DNA from: Actinomycetota bacterium
Lineage (GTDB): Bacteria > Actinomycetota > UBA4738 > CALAEC01
Direction of reading: 5' to 3'
DNA length: 61,739 nucleotides
Assembly: GCA_036000545.1 (NCBI GenBank)
Contig: DASYVD010000050.1
Span: 1-61,739 of the forward strand
Part shown: positions 37,760 to 46,522 of the stretch, in pieces
How positions within the stretch are numbered: position 1 is the stretch's first letter
How the letters are laid out: each line of letters begins with the position of its first letter
Notes under the pieces: generated by a model
Told to the model about the DNA's origin: nothing
Database searches by the model: none
What the model saw: the letters and a program-made list of their open reading frames with translations, nothing else
Made by a program: the position numbers and the translations under genes

Positions 37760-37911
37760 TTCCCCTTGACCCCTTCATCCGCTGGTTCCGCGGGCGTAAC
37801 AATCCAAGCGGGGGAACCGGGAGGAGCCGATGAGGCGTTCCAGGTCCGGCAGACCTCCTGAGCGGGACGAGGGCTGATCCACCGACGTCATCGGCTACCC
37901 TCGCCTGAGCG

Positions 37912-38853
37912 ATGGAAGTCTTGCAGGGGGTCACTTCGTTCGGGCCTGACGGAGGCTCGGCCGTCACTGTGGGCTTCTTCGATGGCGTCCACGTCGGACA
38001 TCAGGCCGTGATCCGCCAAGCCGTGAAGGCATCGAGGGAACGCGACCTCCGCTCGGTAGCCCTCACCTTTGACCGGCATCCACGCGAGGTGCTTACGCCG
38101 GACGCCGTTCCACAGCTTCTCACCACGCTGCGGCGCAAGGCAGAGCTCATCGAGTCGCTCGGGGTCGACGTCCTCGCGGTCATGGAGTTCGACGAGGGCG
38201 TCTCCCGTTGGGCGCCGGAGCGGTTCGTGGACCAGGCGCTGGTGGCCGGGCTCGGGATACGGCACGCCGTCGTGGGCGCGAACTTCACTTTCGGTCACAG
38301 GGCCGCCGGCACCTCCGAGGTCCTGGAGGAGCTCGGCCGGGCACGCGGTTTCTCGGTCGAGACCGTGCCCCTCACCATCCTCGACGGACGGCCCGTCTCC
38401 TCCACGTCGATCCGCCGGGCGCTCACCGACGGAGACCTGGTCTGGCCGGCCCGCGCTCTCGGCCGCCGCTACGTGGTGGAGGGGACCGTGGTCCCCGGGG
38501 CGGGGCGGGGGAGGGGCCTCGGGTTCCCCACCGCCAACCTTCGAACTCCGGCCAGGATCCTCCTCCCCGGGCGCGGCGTATACGCGGGGCGGGCGTACGC
38601 GGGCGGGAACGCCTGGACGGCCGCGATCAACGTGGGGATGAACCCGACGTTCGGCGAGGAGCCCCTTCACGTCGAGGCGTTCCTCCTCGACTTCGACGGG
38701 GACCTTCAGGGACGCGTGCTGGCCGTCGAGTTCTGGGAGCGGCTTCGGGACGAAGTGCGCTTCGAGAGCGCCGAGGCGCTGGCTCACCAGATGAAGGAGG
38801 ATGTCGCGCGGGCCCGGGCCCTCGCCGACGGAACGGGGGGTCCGGGGGGGTAG
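37912..38853 (+). CDS. ribF: Bifunctional riboflavin kinase / FAD synthetase
   Basis: VGFFDGVHVGHQAVI, SSTSIRRAL, GRGRGLGFPTANL, NPTFGEE, RLRDEVRFES. The last codons and TAG lie inside repeat B1. Confidence 0.94.
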   Translation: MEVLQGVTSFGPDGGSAVTVGFFDGVHVGHQAVIRQAVKASRERDLRSVALTFDRHPREVLTPDAVPQLLTTLRRKAELIESLGVDVLAVMEFDEGVSRWAPERFVDQALVAGLGIRHAVVGANFTFGHRAAGTSEVLEELGRARGFSVETVPLTILDGRPVSSTSIRRALTDGDLVWPARALGRRYVVEGTVVPGAGRGRGLGFPTANLRTPARILLPGRGVYAGRAYAGGNAWTAAINVGMNPTFGEEPLHVEAFLLDFDGDLQGRVLAVEFWERLRDEVRFESAEALAHQMKEDVARARALADGTGGPGG

Positions 38854-38896
38854 CTCGCCCAGTGTGAGGAAACGGTGGCGAGACAGCGAGCGGACC
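38834..38896 (+). repeat. Family-B structured repeat, copy B1 (overlaps the ribF 3' end, in the rpsO 5' region)
   Basis: CGGGGGGTCCGGGGGGGTAGCTCGCCC....GGAAAC....AGACAGCGAGCGGACC aligns with 53473..53538. Flanked by CGCCGACGGAA (38823-38833) and CGCCGGCGGAA (38897-38907). Confidence 0.7.
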
Positions 38897-38943
38897 CGCC
38901 GGCGGAAAAGGGACCAGCACGTCCGTGTGATAGCCTCTATGGG

Positions 38944-39213
38944 ATGGTCCTCGCCAAGGAAGACAAGCAGAAGCTCATTGAGGACTTCCGCAGAGACGAC
39001 TCGGACACCGGTTCCCCGGAGGTCCAGATCGCCGTCCTCACCAAGCGCATCGATCAGCTCACTGAGCACCTCAAGAGCCACAAGAGGGACCACCACTCCC
39101 GTCGAGGCCTCTTACAGATGGTGGGAAAGCGCCGTCGGCTGCTCGAGTACGTGAAGCGAACGGATATCGATCGATACCGGTCGCTGATCGAGCGACTCGG
39201 CCTGCGCCGGTAG
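38944..39213 (+). CDS. rpsO: 30S ribosomal protein S15
   Basis: [70 protein letters not shown], canonical S15. Confidence 0.96.
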   Translation: MVLAKEDKQKLIEDFRRDDSDTGSPEVQIAVLTKRIDQLTEHLKSHKRDHHSRRGLLQMVGKRRRLLEYVKRTDIDRYRSLIERLGLRR

Positions 39214-39272
39214 CGTCGTCCGGAGGGAGGAATCCAGCAGGCAGGAAACACGGCCCACATAGGAACGGAGCG

Positions 39273-39308
39273 GGGGTCCGAGCGGTTCAGTTATCAGTTG
39301 CGGACTCC
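39273..39308 (+). terminator. Hairpin downstream of rpsO (terminator-like, no U-tract) starting with a family-B-like GGAACGG..GGGGGTCCG module
   Basis: GGGGTCCG (39273-39280) pairs with CGGACTCC (39301-39308) with one G-U. The 20-nt loop is relatively AT-rich. Confidence 0.3.
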
Positions 39309-39363
39309 GGATCGTCCCGGCGACCGAGGCCCACCACTGAGAACTGGCCCGCTTTCCCTCGCT

Positions 39364-39387
39364 CCTTGCAGAGAGAATCTTGCAAGG
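39364..39387 (+). promoter_or_regulatory. Leader hairpin overlapping the pnp Shine-Dalgarno
   Basis: CCTTGCA (39364-39370) pairs with TGCAAGG (39381-39387). SD AAGGAGG is at 39384-39390 and ATG at 39398. Confidence 0.35.
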
Positions 39388-39397
39388 AGGCATCCAC

Positions 39398-41725
39398 ATG
39401 GAACCCATCAGGCACACCCGCAAGCTCGGGGAGCAACAGGTCACGGTCGAGACCGGGCTGCTCGCCAAGCAAGCCCACGGCTCCGCCCTGGTCACGTTCG
39501 GCGAGACCCAGGTCCTCTGCACCTGCGTGACCAGCGCGCCGCGTGAAGGCATCGACTTCTTCCCCCTCACGGTGGACGTCGAGGAGCGCATGTACGCCGC
39601 AGGGAAGATCCCCGGCGGCTTCTTCCGCCGCGAGGGGCGGCCCAGCGAGACCGCCATCCTCTCGGCTCGGCTGATCGACCGACCGCTCCGCCCGACCTTC
39701 CGCAAGGGCTTCCGGCAGGAGGTCCAGGTCATCTGCACCGTGTTGTCCGCAGACCAGGCGAACCCGTACGACATCCCCGGGATCAATGGCGCCAGCCTCG
39801 CGGTGACGCTGGCGGGTCTGCCGTTCGACGGCCCGATCGGGGCGGTGCGCGTCGGCTACATCGACGGGCGTTGGGTCCCCAACCCCACGTACCAGCAAGT
39901 CGATCTGGGAACCTTCGACATGGTGGTGGCCGGTCGCCGCAACCAACTGGGAGGCGTGGACATCCTCATGGTCGAGGCCGAGGCAACGGAAGAAGGCGTC
40001 CGGCTCATCGAGGAAGGACAGCCTGCCCCAACTGAGGAGATCGTGGCCGAGGGCCTCGAGGAAGCCAAGCGGTGGATCGCCGAGATGGTCGATCTCCAGT
40101 TGGAGGTGGTCCGCGGCGCGGGCGCGTCCGAGCGGGAGTTCCCGCCGGTTCTCGACTACGACGACGAGACCAAAGCCGCCGTGGGCCGCTTTGCCGAAGA
40201 CCGCATCCGAGAGGCGCTGCGGATCCCCGGCATGCAGGAGCGCGACGAGGCGATGGACGCCATCCGCGCCGAGCTCGCGGTGCACCTCGCCGAGACCTGG
40301 GGGAATGACGTCCTGGCCACTCGGGCCGACCAGGTGAGCCGGGCCTTCCGCGACCTCGAGAAGGAGGTCATGCGACGGAGGATCCTCGAGGAAGGCGTGC
40401 GGCTCGACGGCCGCCGGCCTGACGAGATCCGTCCGATCAGCTGTTGGGTTGGGATCGTGCCCCGGGCGCACGGGTCCGGACTGTTCCAACGGGGCGAGAC
40501 CCAGGTGCTCAACGTGACCACCCTGGGGATGCTCCGCATGCGCCAGGCCATCGACACGCTCGACCCCGACGAGTTCAAGCGGTACATCCACCACTACAAC
40601 TTCCCGCCGTTCTCCACCGGAGAGACGGGATTCATGCGGGGCCCGCGCCGGCGCGAGATCGGGCACGGGGCCCTGGCCGAACGAGCTCTCCTTTCGGTGA
40701 TCCCCGATGAGGAGGACTTCCCGTACGCGCTGCGGCTCGTCTCGGACGTCCTGGAGTCGAACGGGTCGACGTCCATGGCGAGCGTATGCGCGTCCACGCT
40801 CTCCCTCATGGACGCCGGGGTGCCGATCAAGGCGCCGGTTGCCGGGATCGCCATGGGCCTCATCGCCGAGGGCGGCGACTTCGTCACCCTCACGGACATT
40901 CTCGGAGCGGAGGACGCCCTGGGAGACATGGACTTCAAGGTCGCCGGCACCCGGGACTACGTCACCGCGCTTCAGCTCGATACCAAAGTGAGCGGGCTGC
41001 CCGCGGAAGTGCTCTCCGGCGCGCTGAAGCAGGCGAAGGATGCCCGGTTGTTCATCCTGGACAAGATGCTGGCCACGATCTCCGGGCCCCGCGAGGCGCT
41101 GTCGCTCCAGGCACCTCGGGTGATGACCATCCAGATCCCGGTGGACAAGATCGGGGAGATCATCGGGCCCAAGGGGAAGCGGATCAACGAGATCATCGCC
41201 ACAACCGGAGCCGACATCGACATCCAGGACGACGGCACCGTCTTCATCGGGTCCAAGGAGGGGGAGGGCGCCGAGAAGGCCCTCCAGATGATCGACGAGA
41301 TCCTCAACCCACGTATCCCGGAGGTGGGCGAGGTCTTCCACGGCAAGGTGGTGAAGACCACGGAGTTCGGCGCTTTCGTCAGCATCCTCCCGGGGATCGA
41401 CGGCCTCATCCACATCTCCGAGCTTCGGAGGGGGGGCGAGCGCGTCGAATCCGTGGAGGACGTGGTCAAGGTCGGCGACGAGCTCGATGTCGTCGTGGTG
41501 AAGATCGAGCCGGGCATCAAGCTCCGGGTAGGCCTCCGGCCCATCTGGGAAGGAGAGACCCCACCGTCCGCCGAGGAGCTGAAGGCTGAGGCCGAAGCGG
41601 CGAGAACCGAGCGCCGTGGCGAGCGACGAGACCGAGGGGATCGCGGCGACCGTGGGGACAGAGGAGACCGCGACCGACGGCGACGCCGGCCGGGGCCCCG
41701 CCGCGACGGGCCACGCGAGGCGTGA
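39398..41725 (+). CDS. pnp: Polyribonucleotide nucleotidyltransferase (PNPase) with an Arg/Asp-repeat tail
   Basis: 775 aa from the ATG 7 nt after AAGGAGG. Two RNase PH domains (FFRREGRPSE, GSTSMASVCASTLSLMDAGVP), KH (GPKGKRINEI), S1 (GKVVKTTEFGAFV). Tail RGERRDRGDRGDRGDRGDRDRRRRR. Confidence 0.96.
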   Translation: MEPIRHTRKLGEQQVTVETGLLAKQAHGSALVTFGETQVLCTCVTSAPREGIDFFPLTVDVEERMYAAGKIPGGFFRREGRPSETAILSARLIDRPLRPTFRKGFRQEVQVICTVLSADQANPYDIPGINGASLAVTLAGLPFDGPIGAVRVGYIDGRWVPNPTYQQVDLGTFDMVVAGRRNQLGGVDILMVEAEATEEGVRLIEEGQPAPTEEIVAEGLEEAKRWIAEMVDLQLEVVRGAGASEREFPPVLDYDDETKAAVGRFAEDRIREALRIPGMQERDEAMDAIRAELAVHLAETWGNDVLATRADQVSRAFRDLEKEVMRRRILEEGVRLDGRRPDEIRPISCWVGIVPRAHGSGLFQRGETQVLNVTTLGMLRMRQAIDTLDPDEFKRYIHHYNFPPFSTGETGFMRGPRRREIGHGALAERALLSVIPDEEDFPYALRLVSDVLESNGSTSMASVCASTLSLMDAGVPIKAPVAGIAMGLIAEGGDFVTLTDILGAEDALGDMDFKVAGTRDYVTALQLDTKVSGLPAEVLSGALKQAKDARLFILDKMLATISGPREALSLQAPRVMTIQIPVDKIGEIIGPKGKRINEIIATTGADIDIQDDGTVFIGSKEGEGAEKALQMIDEILNPRIPEVGEVFHGKVVKTTEFGAFVSILPGIDGLIHISELRRGGERVESVEDVVKVGDELDVVVVKIEPGIKLRVGLRPIWEGETPPSAEELKAEAEAARTERRGERRDRGDRGDRGDRGDRDRRRRRPGPRRDGPREA

Positions 41726-41768
41726 GCCCGGTGGCCGCGGGAGCGTCGAGGGTCCCAAGGCGAGAGCG

Positions 41769-43100
41769 GTGATCGAACGCAGCGAGTACGAGTCGGGCCT
41801 GCGCGTCGTCACCGAACACATGCCCGAAGTGCGCTCGGTGACCACCGGTATTTGGGTGGCGATCGGTTCCCGTGATGAGCGCCCCGAGCTCGCCGGGGCG
41901 TCCCACTTCCTCGAGCACCTGCTGTTCAAGGGAACGCGGAAGCGGTCGGCCCGCGAGATCGCCGAGGCCTTCGACGCGGTGGGTGGAGACGTGAACGCTT
42001 ACACATCGAAGGAGAACACCACGTTCTACACTCGGGTCCTCGACAAGGACCTTCCCATGGCCCTTGATTACCTCTTCGACATGCTTCAGAGCTCGGTCAT
42101 CCGGGGTGAGGACATGGAGGCCGAGCGGCAGGTGATCCTCGAGGAGATCAACATGCACGAGGACGCTCCCGACGAGCTGGTGCATGACCTGTTCACCGAG
42201 ACCCTCTGGCAGGGCCATCCGCTCGGCCGGCCGGTCCTGGGAACGGTGGACACGATCACCGCCGCAACCCGCCAGCAGGTACGCCGGTTCTGGAAGCGAC
42301 ACTACGTGCCGGGGAACTACGTCGTGGCCGCCGCTGGAAACCTGGATCACGAGCAGCTCGTGCGACTCGTGGAAGAGCACGTTGATACGGGTCCGCGCGT
42401 TCGCCGGGGCCGGTGGGTCGTTCGATCCGGGGGGGAGGCGCCGATGCCCTCGGGTGTCGCGTCCGTGCGACGTCGACCGACGGAGCAAGCCCACATCTGC
42501 GTGGGAAGTGGGGGACTGGCTCGGAGCGACCCCCGGCGTTTCGCCTTCGGGGTGGTGAACAATGCGCTCGGCGGCGGCATGTCCTCTCGTCTGTTCCAGG
42601 AGATCCGGGAGAAGCGAGGTCTGGCGTACTCCGTCTACTCCTACCACGCCATGTACGCGGAGACCGGGGCATTCTGCGTGTACGCGGGGACCACTCCCGC
42701 TCGGGCTCGAGAGGTGATAGAGCTCGTCAACGGGGAGCTCGACGGGGTGGCGGAGAACGGCCTGACCCCGGAGGAGCTGGAGCGGGCAAAGGGACACATG
42801 AAGGGGTCGCTCGTTCTGTCCATGGAGGACACGGGCGGTCGAATGACCCGTCTGGGGAAATCGGAGATCGGCCAGGGGGAGATCCTGTCCATCGACGAGA
42901 TCATCGAGCGGATCGATTCGGTGACCCGGGATGACGCCCGGGACATCGCAGCCGATGTGCTCTCCCGTCCACGATCGCTCGCGGTCATCGGGCCGTTCGA
43001 TCAGGGCGCCTTCGACGAGTTCGCCGGGGCCGGAAAGATGGTGGCCGGCGCCGCCGTGCCGGCCGCAGCAGCGGGCCGACGCAAGGGAGGCGGGAAGTGA
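41769..43100 (+). CDS. M16 family zinc peptidase (PepR-like)
   Basis: GTG start gives VIERSEYESGLRVVTEHMP. GASHFLEHLLFKGT (HxxEH inverted zincin motif). Conserved pnp-pepR-dapB order. Confidence 0.88.
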   Translation: MIERSEYESGLRVVTEHMPEVRSVTTGIWVAIGSRDERPELAGASHFLEHLLFKGTRKRSAREIAEAFDAVGGDVNAYTSKENTTFYTRVLDKDLPMALDYLFDMLQSSVIRGEDMEAERQVILEEINMHEDAPDELVHDLFTETLWQGHPLGRPVLGTVDTITAATRQQVRRFWKRHYVPGNYVVAAAGNLDHEQLVRLVEEHVDTGPRVRRGRWVVRSGGEAPMPSGVASVRRRPTEQAHICVGSGGLARSDPRRFAFGVVNNALGGGMSSRLFQEIREKRGLAYSVYSYHAMYAETGAFCVYAGTTPARAREVIELVNGELDGVAENGLTPEELERAKGHMKGSLVLSMEDTGGRMTRLGKSEIGQGEILSIDEIIERIDSVTRDDARDIAADVLSRPRSLAVIGPFDQGAFDEFAGAGKMVAGAAVPAAAAGRRKGGGK

Positions 43101-43897
43101 TCCGGGTGGGCGTCATCGGAGCCCTCGGGAAGATGGGGCAGCTGGTGTGTCGCGCCGTGGCCGAGCATCCCGATCTGGTCTTGGTGGCGGCGATCAACCC
43201 GTCGCGTCCAGGTGTCAACATCGGGGAAGCGATCGGCCACCCCAGGGTCGACGTCGAGGTGTCGCCTCAGCTCGAGACCCTCCTCCAAGCCGAGACCGAG
43301 GTGGCTGTGGACTTCACCCAGCCCGATGCCGTCATGGAGAACATCCGATGGTGCGTGGACCACGCGATGCACATGGTCGTGGGGACCACCGGCATCGGTC
43401 CAGACGAGCTCGACCAGATCCAGGAGTGGATCGACCAGGAGGGCGGCGACGCGCACGTGATCATCGTCCCGAACTTCTCTCTTGGCGCAGTCATCGCGCA
43501 GCGGTTCGCGGAGGCCGCCGCCAGGTTCTTCCCGGCCGCCGAGATCATCGAACTTCACCACGAGCAGAAGGCCGATGCTCCTTCGGGGACGGCCGCGGCC
43601 ACCGCATCGCGAATGGCGGAGGCCCGCGAGGAGAAGTGGACCGGGCCGGACAGCGAGAAGGTCCCCGGCGTCCGCGGGGGCGAGATCGAGGGGATCCGGG
43701 TCCACAGCGTGCGGCTCCCTGGGCTGGTGGCCCACCAGGAGGTCATCTTCGGGGCCCTGGGCCAGACCCTTTCCATCCGGCACGACGCCTACGACCGGAC
43801 GTGCTACCTCCCAGGCGTGGTTCTGGCGATCAAGGAGATCGCTACCCGGCCGGGCCTCACCGTGGGGCTGGAGCCTATCCTCGGCCTGGACAGCTGA
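43097..43897 (+). CDS. dapB: 4-hydroxy-tetrahydrodipicolinate reductase
   Basis: MIRVGVIGALGKMGQ (NAD(P)-binding), VVGTTG, ELHHEQKADAPSGTA. Confidence 0.94.
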   Translation: MIRVGVIGALGKMGQLVCRAVAEHPDLVLVAAINPSRPGVNIGEAIGHPRVDVEVSPQLETLLQAETEVAVDFTQPDAVMENIRWCVDHAMHMVVGTTGIGPDELDQIQEWIDQEGGDAHVIIVPNFSLGAVIAQRFAEAAARFFPAAEIIELHHEQKADAPSGTAAATASRMAEAREEKWTGPDSEKVPGVRGGEIEGIRVHSVRLPGLVAHQEVIFGALGQTLSIRHDAYDRTCYLPGVVLAIKEIATRPGLTVGLEPILGLDS

Positions 43898-43900
43898 GTC

Positions 43901-44350
43901 TTACGGCGCCGGCTCAGGCTCCCCGACGATGTGGGTCACGGGCAGCCCGAACGATCGCTCGACACGGTGATGAAGATCCTGCTTCAGCCACCGGGAGGCG
44001 CCGGCAGGAAGCGTCGAGAGGATGATCGCGTCGAATTCCTCGTCCCTGAGGACGTCGGCGATGGCCTCGAACGGGCTGGGATCGCCCACCTCCCCGTTCG
44101 TCTCGACGCCGAGATCTCGGAATCGGGCCAGGCCGTCGTCGAGCCGCTTTTGGGCGATGGCTTCCGCCTGCCCCTCCGTGTACACGGCATACTCCTTCGG
44201 CGCAGTCGCGGGAACAAGGACGTGGAAGCGGCAGGGGCCCTCGGTCATCAGCTCCTTGACCTTCTGAATGAGGTGTTCGCCGCCGAGCGTCTGATTGGCC
44301 ACCACAAGGTATCGGCGCAGGGAAACCACCTCCTCGCAGATACTCTTCAT
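43901..44350 (-). CDS. USP/adenine-nucleotide alpha-hydrolase-like hypothetical protein
   Basis: RRYLVVANQTLGGEHLIQKVKEL...CRFHVLVPAT...EFDAIILSTLPAGASRWLKQDL. Alpha/beta pattern reminiscent of universal stress proteins. The start is taken as ATG 44350 and is uncertain. Confidence 0.55.
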   Translation of the reverse strand: MKSICEEVVSLRRYLVVANQTLGGEHLIQKVKELMTEGPCRFHVLVPATAPKEYAVYTEGQAEAIAQKRLDDGLARFRDLGVETNGEVGDPSPFEAIADVLRDEEFDAIILSTLPAGASRWLKQDLHHRVERSFGLPVTHIVGEPEPAP

Positions 44351-44441
44351 CGATAGTACGACTGTCTGGGACGGAGGGTTCGAGTTCGCTTTCCGTCCAG
44401 GACTCCCGTGCGTATGATTCGGCACTCCGAAAGGAGCGGAG

Positions 44442-45092
44442 ATGACTCGTTCGTGGGATCGGCTGGCGGCGGCCGGGGGCCTGCTCGGGGTGGCGCTATC
44501 ACTGGGAGGCTTCGCGGTGATCGCGGCGTCCGGGTTCGCCGCCCAGCCCGGTGCTTCGACGCAGGACATATCCCGGATACTGGACGAGGGATCTGCGGGT
44601 GTCGCCGTCGCGGGAATCTACATCGACACGCTCGGTTCCCTCTTCTTCATCCTGTTCATCGCGAGGCTATGGGCCGCCCTGCGGCAGGCGGAGGGACAGC
44701 CCGCGTGGCTCTCGGTGGCCGCGTTCGGTTCGGGGATCCTGATGGTGGTCGCGGGGCTCGGCGACAAGATCGCCTACTACGGGATCGTGCTGGCCGCCGA
44801 CAGCGATCTGAGTGCCGAAGCCGTGGCACCTCTGTACTACATCGTGGCGGGATCCTTCCTTCTCTTTCAGACGTTCGGGGGTCTGTTCCTCCTGACAACC
44901 GGGGCTGCCGTTCTGCGGACCGGAGCTCTAGTTCGATGGCTGGGCTGGGCGGGAGTGGTCGTGGGCGGGGCGGCCATCGCGCTGGGTGCCGTTCCCGGGC
45001 CAGGCATGCTGGTCTTCCCGTTCTTCGTGCTGACCGTCGCCGCTCTGAGCGTGGCCCTTCTCCGCAGGCCGCTGGAGGTGGGCGCCGCCTAA
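44442..45092 (+). CDS. Hypothetical integral membrane protein (about 6 TM)
   Basis: SD AAAGGAG upstream. 216 aa, dominated by hydrophobic Gly/Ala/Leu helices. No family recognised. Confidence 0.6.
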   Translation: MTRSWDRLAAAGGLLGVALSLGGFAVIAASGFAAQPGASTQDISRILDEGSAGVAVAGIYIDTLGSLFFILFIARLWAALRQAEGQPAWLSVAAFGSGILMVVAGLGDKIAYYGIVLAADSDLSAEAVAPLYYIVAGSFLLFQTFGGLFLLTTGAAVLRTGALVRWLGWAGVVVGGAAIALGAVPGPGMLVFPFFVLTVAALSVALLRRPLEVGAA

Positions 45093-45568
45093 CCCTGGCG
45101 GGCGCTGGGCAGCTTCACCCGGAGGGATCCGCCCTTCTGCATTCGGCCGTAATCCCCCCTTCCGTAGTCCCACGACAGCACGCTGCGGGGTGTCAGCCGG
45201 AGCACCACCCGATCTGGCTCTTTAAGGGCCCCGGCAAGCCATCGCTTCCCTTCCGGCACGCCGTACCGGGTGGCGATGCGCTCGAGCCACCGCTCCCGGT
45301 CCTCCTGCCAGACCTCCGGAGTGCCGCGAGCGATCACGGCTCGATAGGGGCGTTCCTCCGAGGCGATGGAGACCGCCGCTGGCGAACCGGCCGCGACGTC
45401 GGCACCCGTTCGCCGGGACTCGAGTCGTGTGGTGAACCAGAACACTCCATTTTCGTAGAGGAACCAGACCGGCCGAACCCTGGGGCCACCGTCGGGTCCG
45501 ACCGTTGCGAAGTACGCCAGCCGAACCTCGTCCAGGAAGGCCGCCAGGTCCTTGCCTTCGAGCGGCAC
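45089..45568 (-). CDS. Pyridoxamine 5'-phosphate oxidase-like (PPOX/F420-dependent class) protein
   Basis: GTG lies 1 nt after the upstream stop. LAAFLDEVRLAYFATVGPDGGPRVRPVWFLYENGVFWFTT... is a typical split-barrel family N-terminus. Confidence 0.7.
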   Translation of the reverse strand: MPLEGKDLAAFLDEVRLAYFATVGPDGGPRVRPVWFLYENGVFWFTTRLESRRTGADVAAGSPAAVSIASEERPYRAVIARGTPEVWQEDRERWLERIATRYGVPEGKRWLAGALKEPDRVVLRLTPRSVLSWDYGRGDYGRMQKGGSLRVKLPSARQG

Positions 45569-45569
45569 C

Positions 45570-46103
45570 TCAGCTCTCCAAGCGGTACTCGGCGGCCACA
45601 CGCACCTCCTCGCCCTCTTGCTCCACGAGAACTCCCTCGCATTCGGCCAGCGGCTCGGTCAGCCGGCCGGTGAGCCCGTACACCGCGGTCTCGATGAGCG
45701 GTGTGTGGCCCACGGCGAGGCCGCGGCCTCCTTCAGGGACCTCCGCGAGGAGCTCCCGGATCGCGTCGGCGAGCCGCGCCGACTCCTTCTCGACGAGGTC
45801 AGGGTCGACCCTCTCCACCGCGTCGATGCGCCCGGAACCCGCGGTGCCCGCCGCGGACCGCCACCGGTCCTCGACGGGGGAGGCCAGTCCCTCGGAGACC
45901 CGGTGGGCCGGGAGCTTCTGGCCTAGTCCTCTGAGGAACCAGGCCGCGGTTTCCGCGGCCCGCCGGGCGGGCGATGTGAACACCATCGCATACCCACCAG
46001 GGAGGTCCTTGCCCACCCGCAGCGCGAGGTCCTGACCTTCCTCGGACAGCCGGTCGCCGGCCGGATCCCGCGTGGAGTGCCGCCGCAGCTCCAGCGAACG
46101 CAT
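45570..46103 (-). CDS. Histidine phosphatase family protein
   Basis: MRSLELRRHSTRD (RHG-type motif), SPARRAAETA, VGHTPLIE. Confidence 0.7.
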   Translation of the reverse strand: MRSLELRRHSTRDPAGDRLSEEGQDLALRVGKDLPGGYAMVFTSPARRAAETAAWFLRGLGQKLPAHRVSEGLASPVEDRWRSAAGTAGSGRIDAVERVDPDLVEKESARLADAIRELLAEVPEGGRGLAVGHTPLIETAVYGLTGRLTEPLAECEGVLVEQEGEEVRVAAEYRLES

Positions 46104-46421
46104 CTACTTAACGACGTGCTCTTCGATGAACAGGAGACCGAACTTGTCGGTGAAAGTGGCCAGATCCTCCGTGCTCTTCGCGGCTACCTCGGTCTTCATG
46201 TCGGCCTTGAACCCCTCGCGGTCCTCCCAGGAGAGCACGGCCAGGCCATCGTACGGAACCTCCTGACCCTCCGGGGCCCCGGTGACGACGTTCACGACGT
46301 AGCCCCTGAGGTGCTCGTAGCCGTCTCGAGCGATCGGAGCGTGCTTGGAGAGCCAGTAGTCCTGGAACTCATCGGTCGACATGTCCGCCTTCTTCCGCAG
46401 CCAGATATGGACCTTGGTCAT
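46104..46421 (-). CDS. EthD domain protein
   Basis: 105 aa: MTKVHIWLRKKADMSTDEFQDYWLSKHAPI..., ferredoxin-like EthD pattern. Its stop abuts the next ATG. Confidence 0.7.
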   Translation of the reverse strand: MTKVHIWLRKKADMSTDEFQDYWLSKHAPIARDGYEHLRGYVVNVVTGAPEGQEVPYDGLAVLSWEDREGFKADMKTEVAAKSTEDLATFTDKFGLLFIEEHVVK

Positions 46422-46509
46422 GGAGCCTCCCTCCGTGGACGCTCCAATCCTAAGGGGCAGGGACGTCGGGCCGAAAAGGGTCCTGCTTCCAGAGGGCGCG
46501 CAGCCCCCC

Positions 46510-46515
46510 TACACT
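46510..46515 (+). promoter_or_regulatory. Candidate -10 hexamer TACACT, 7 nt before the ATG of cyclase-STAND paralog 2
   Basis: TACACTGCCC is identical to 25221-25230. No SD before ATG 46523. Confidence 0.4.
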
Positions 46516-46522
46516 GCCCTTC

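Noticed and set aside
37830-37877. 15-codon ORF (MRRSRSGRPPERDEG) with GGGAGGAG upstream in the truB-ribF spacer, and the idea of an FMN riboswitch before ribF.
   Set aside because: The peptide is Arg-rich and shadow-like with a 3-nt SD spacing. I could not find the conserved FMN-element core in the 152-nt spacer, and ribF is not a usual FMN-riboswitch target.
38834-38943. Interpreting repeat B1 as an S15 (rpsO) autoregulatory leader.
   Set aside because: A near-identical core sits upstream of ftsK (53473..53538) and both copies carry flanking direct repeats, so a dispersed element is the simpler explanation. A secondary role in rpsO regulation is not excluded.
44370-44395. GGGTTCGAGTTCGC resembling a tRNA T-arm.
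   Set aside because: There is no complementary T-stem, acceptor stem or anticodon arm around it. It lies in the divergent promoter region of two protein genes.
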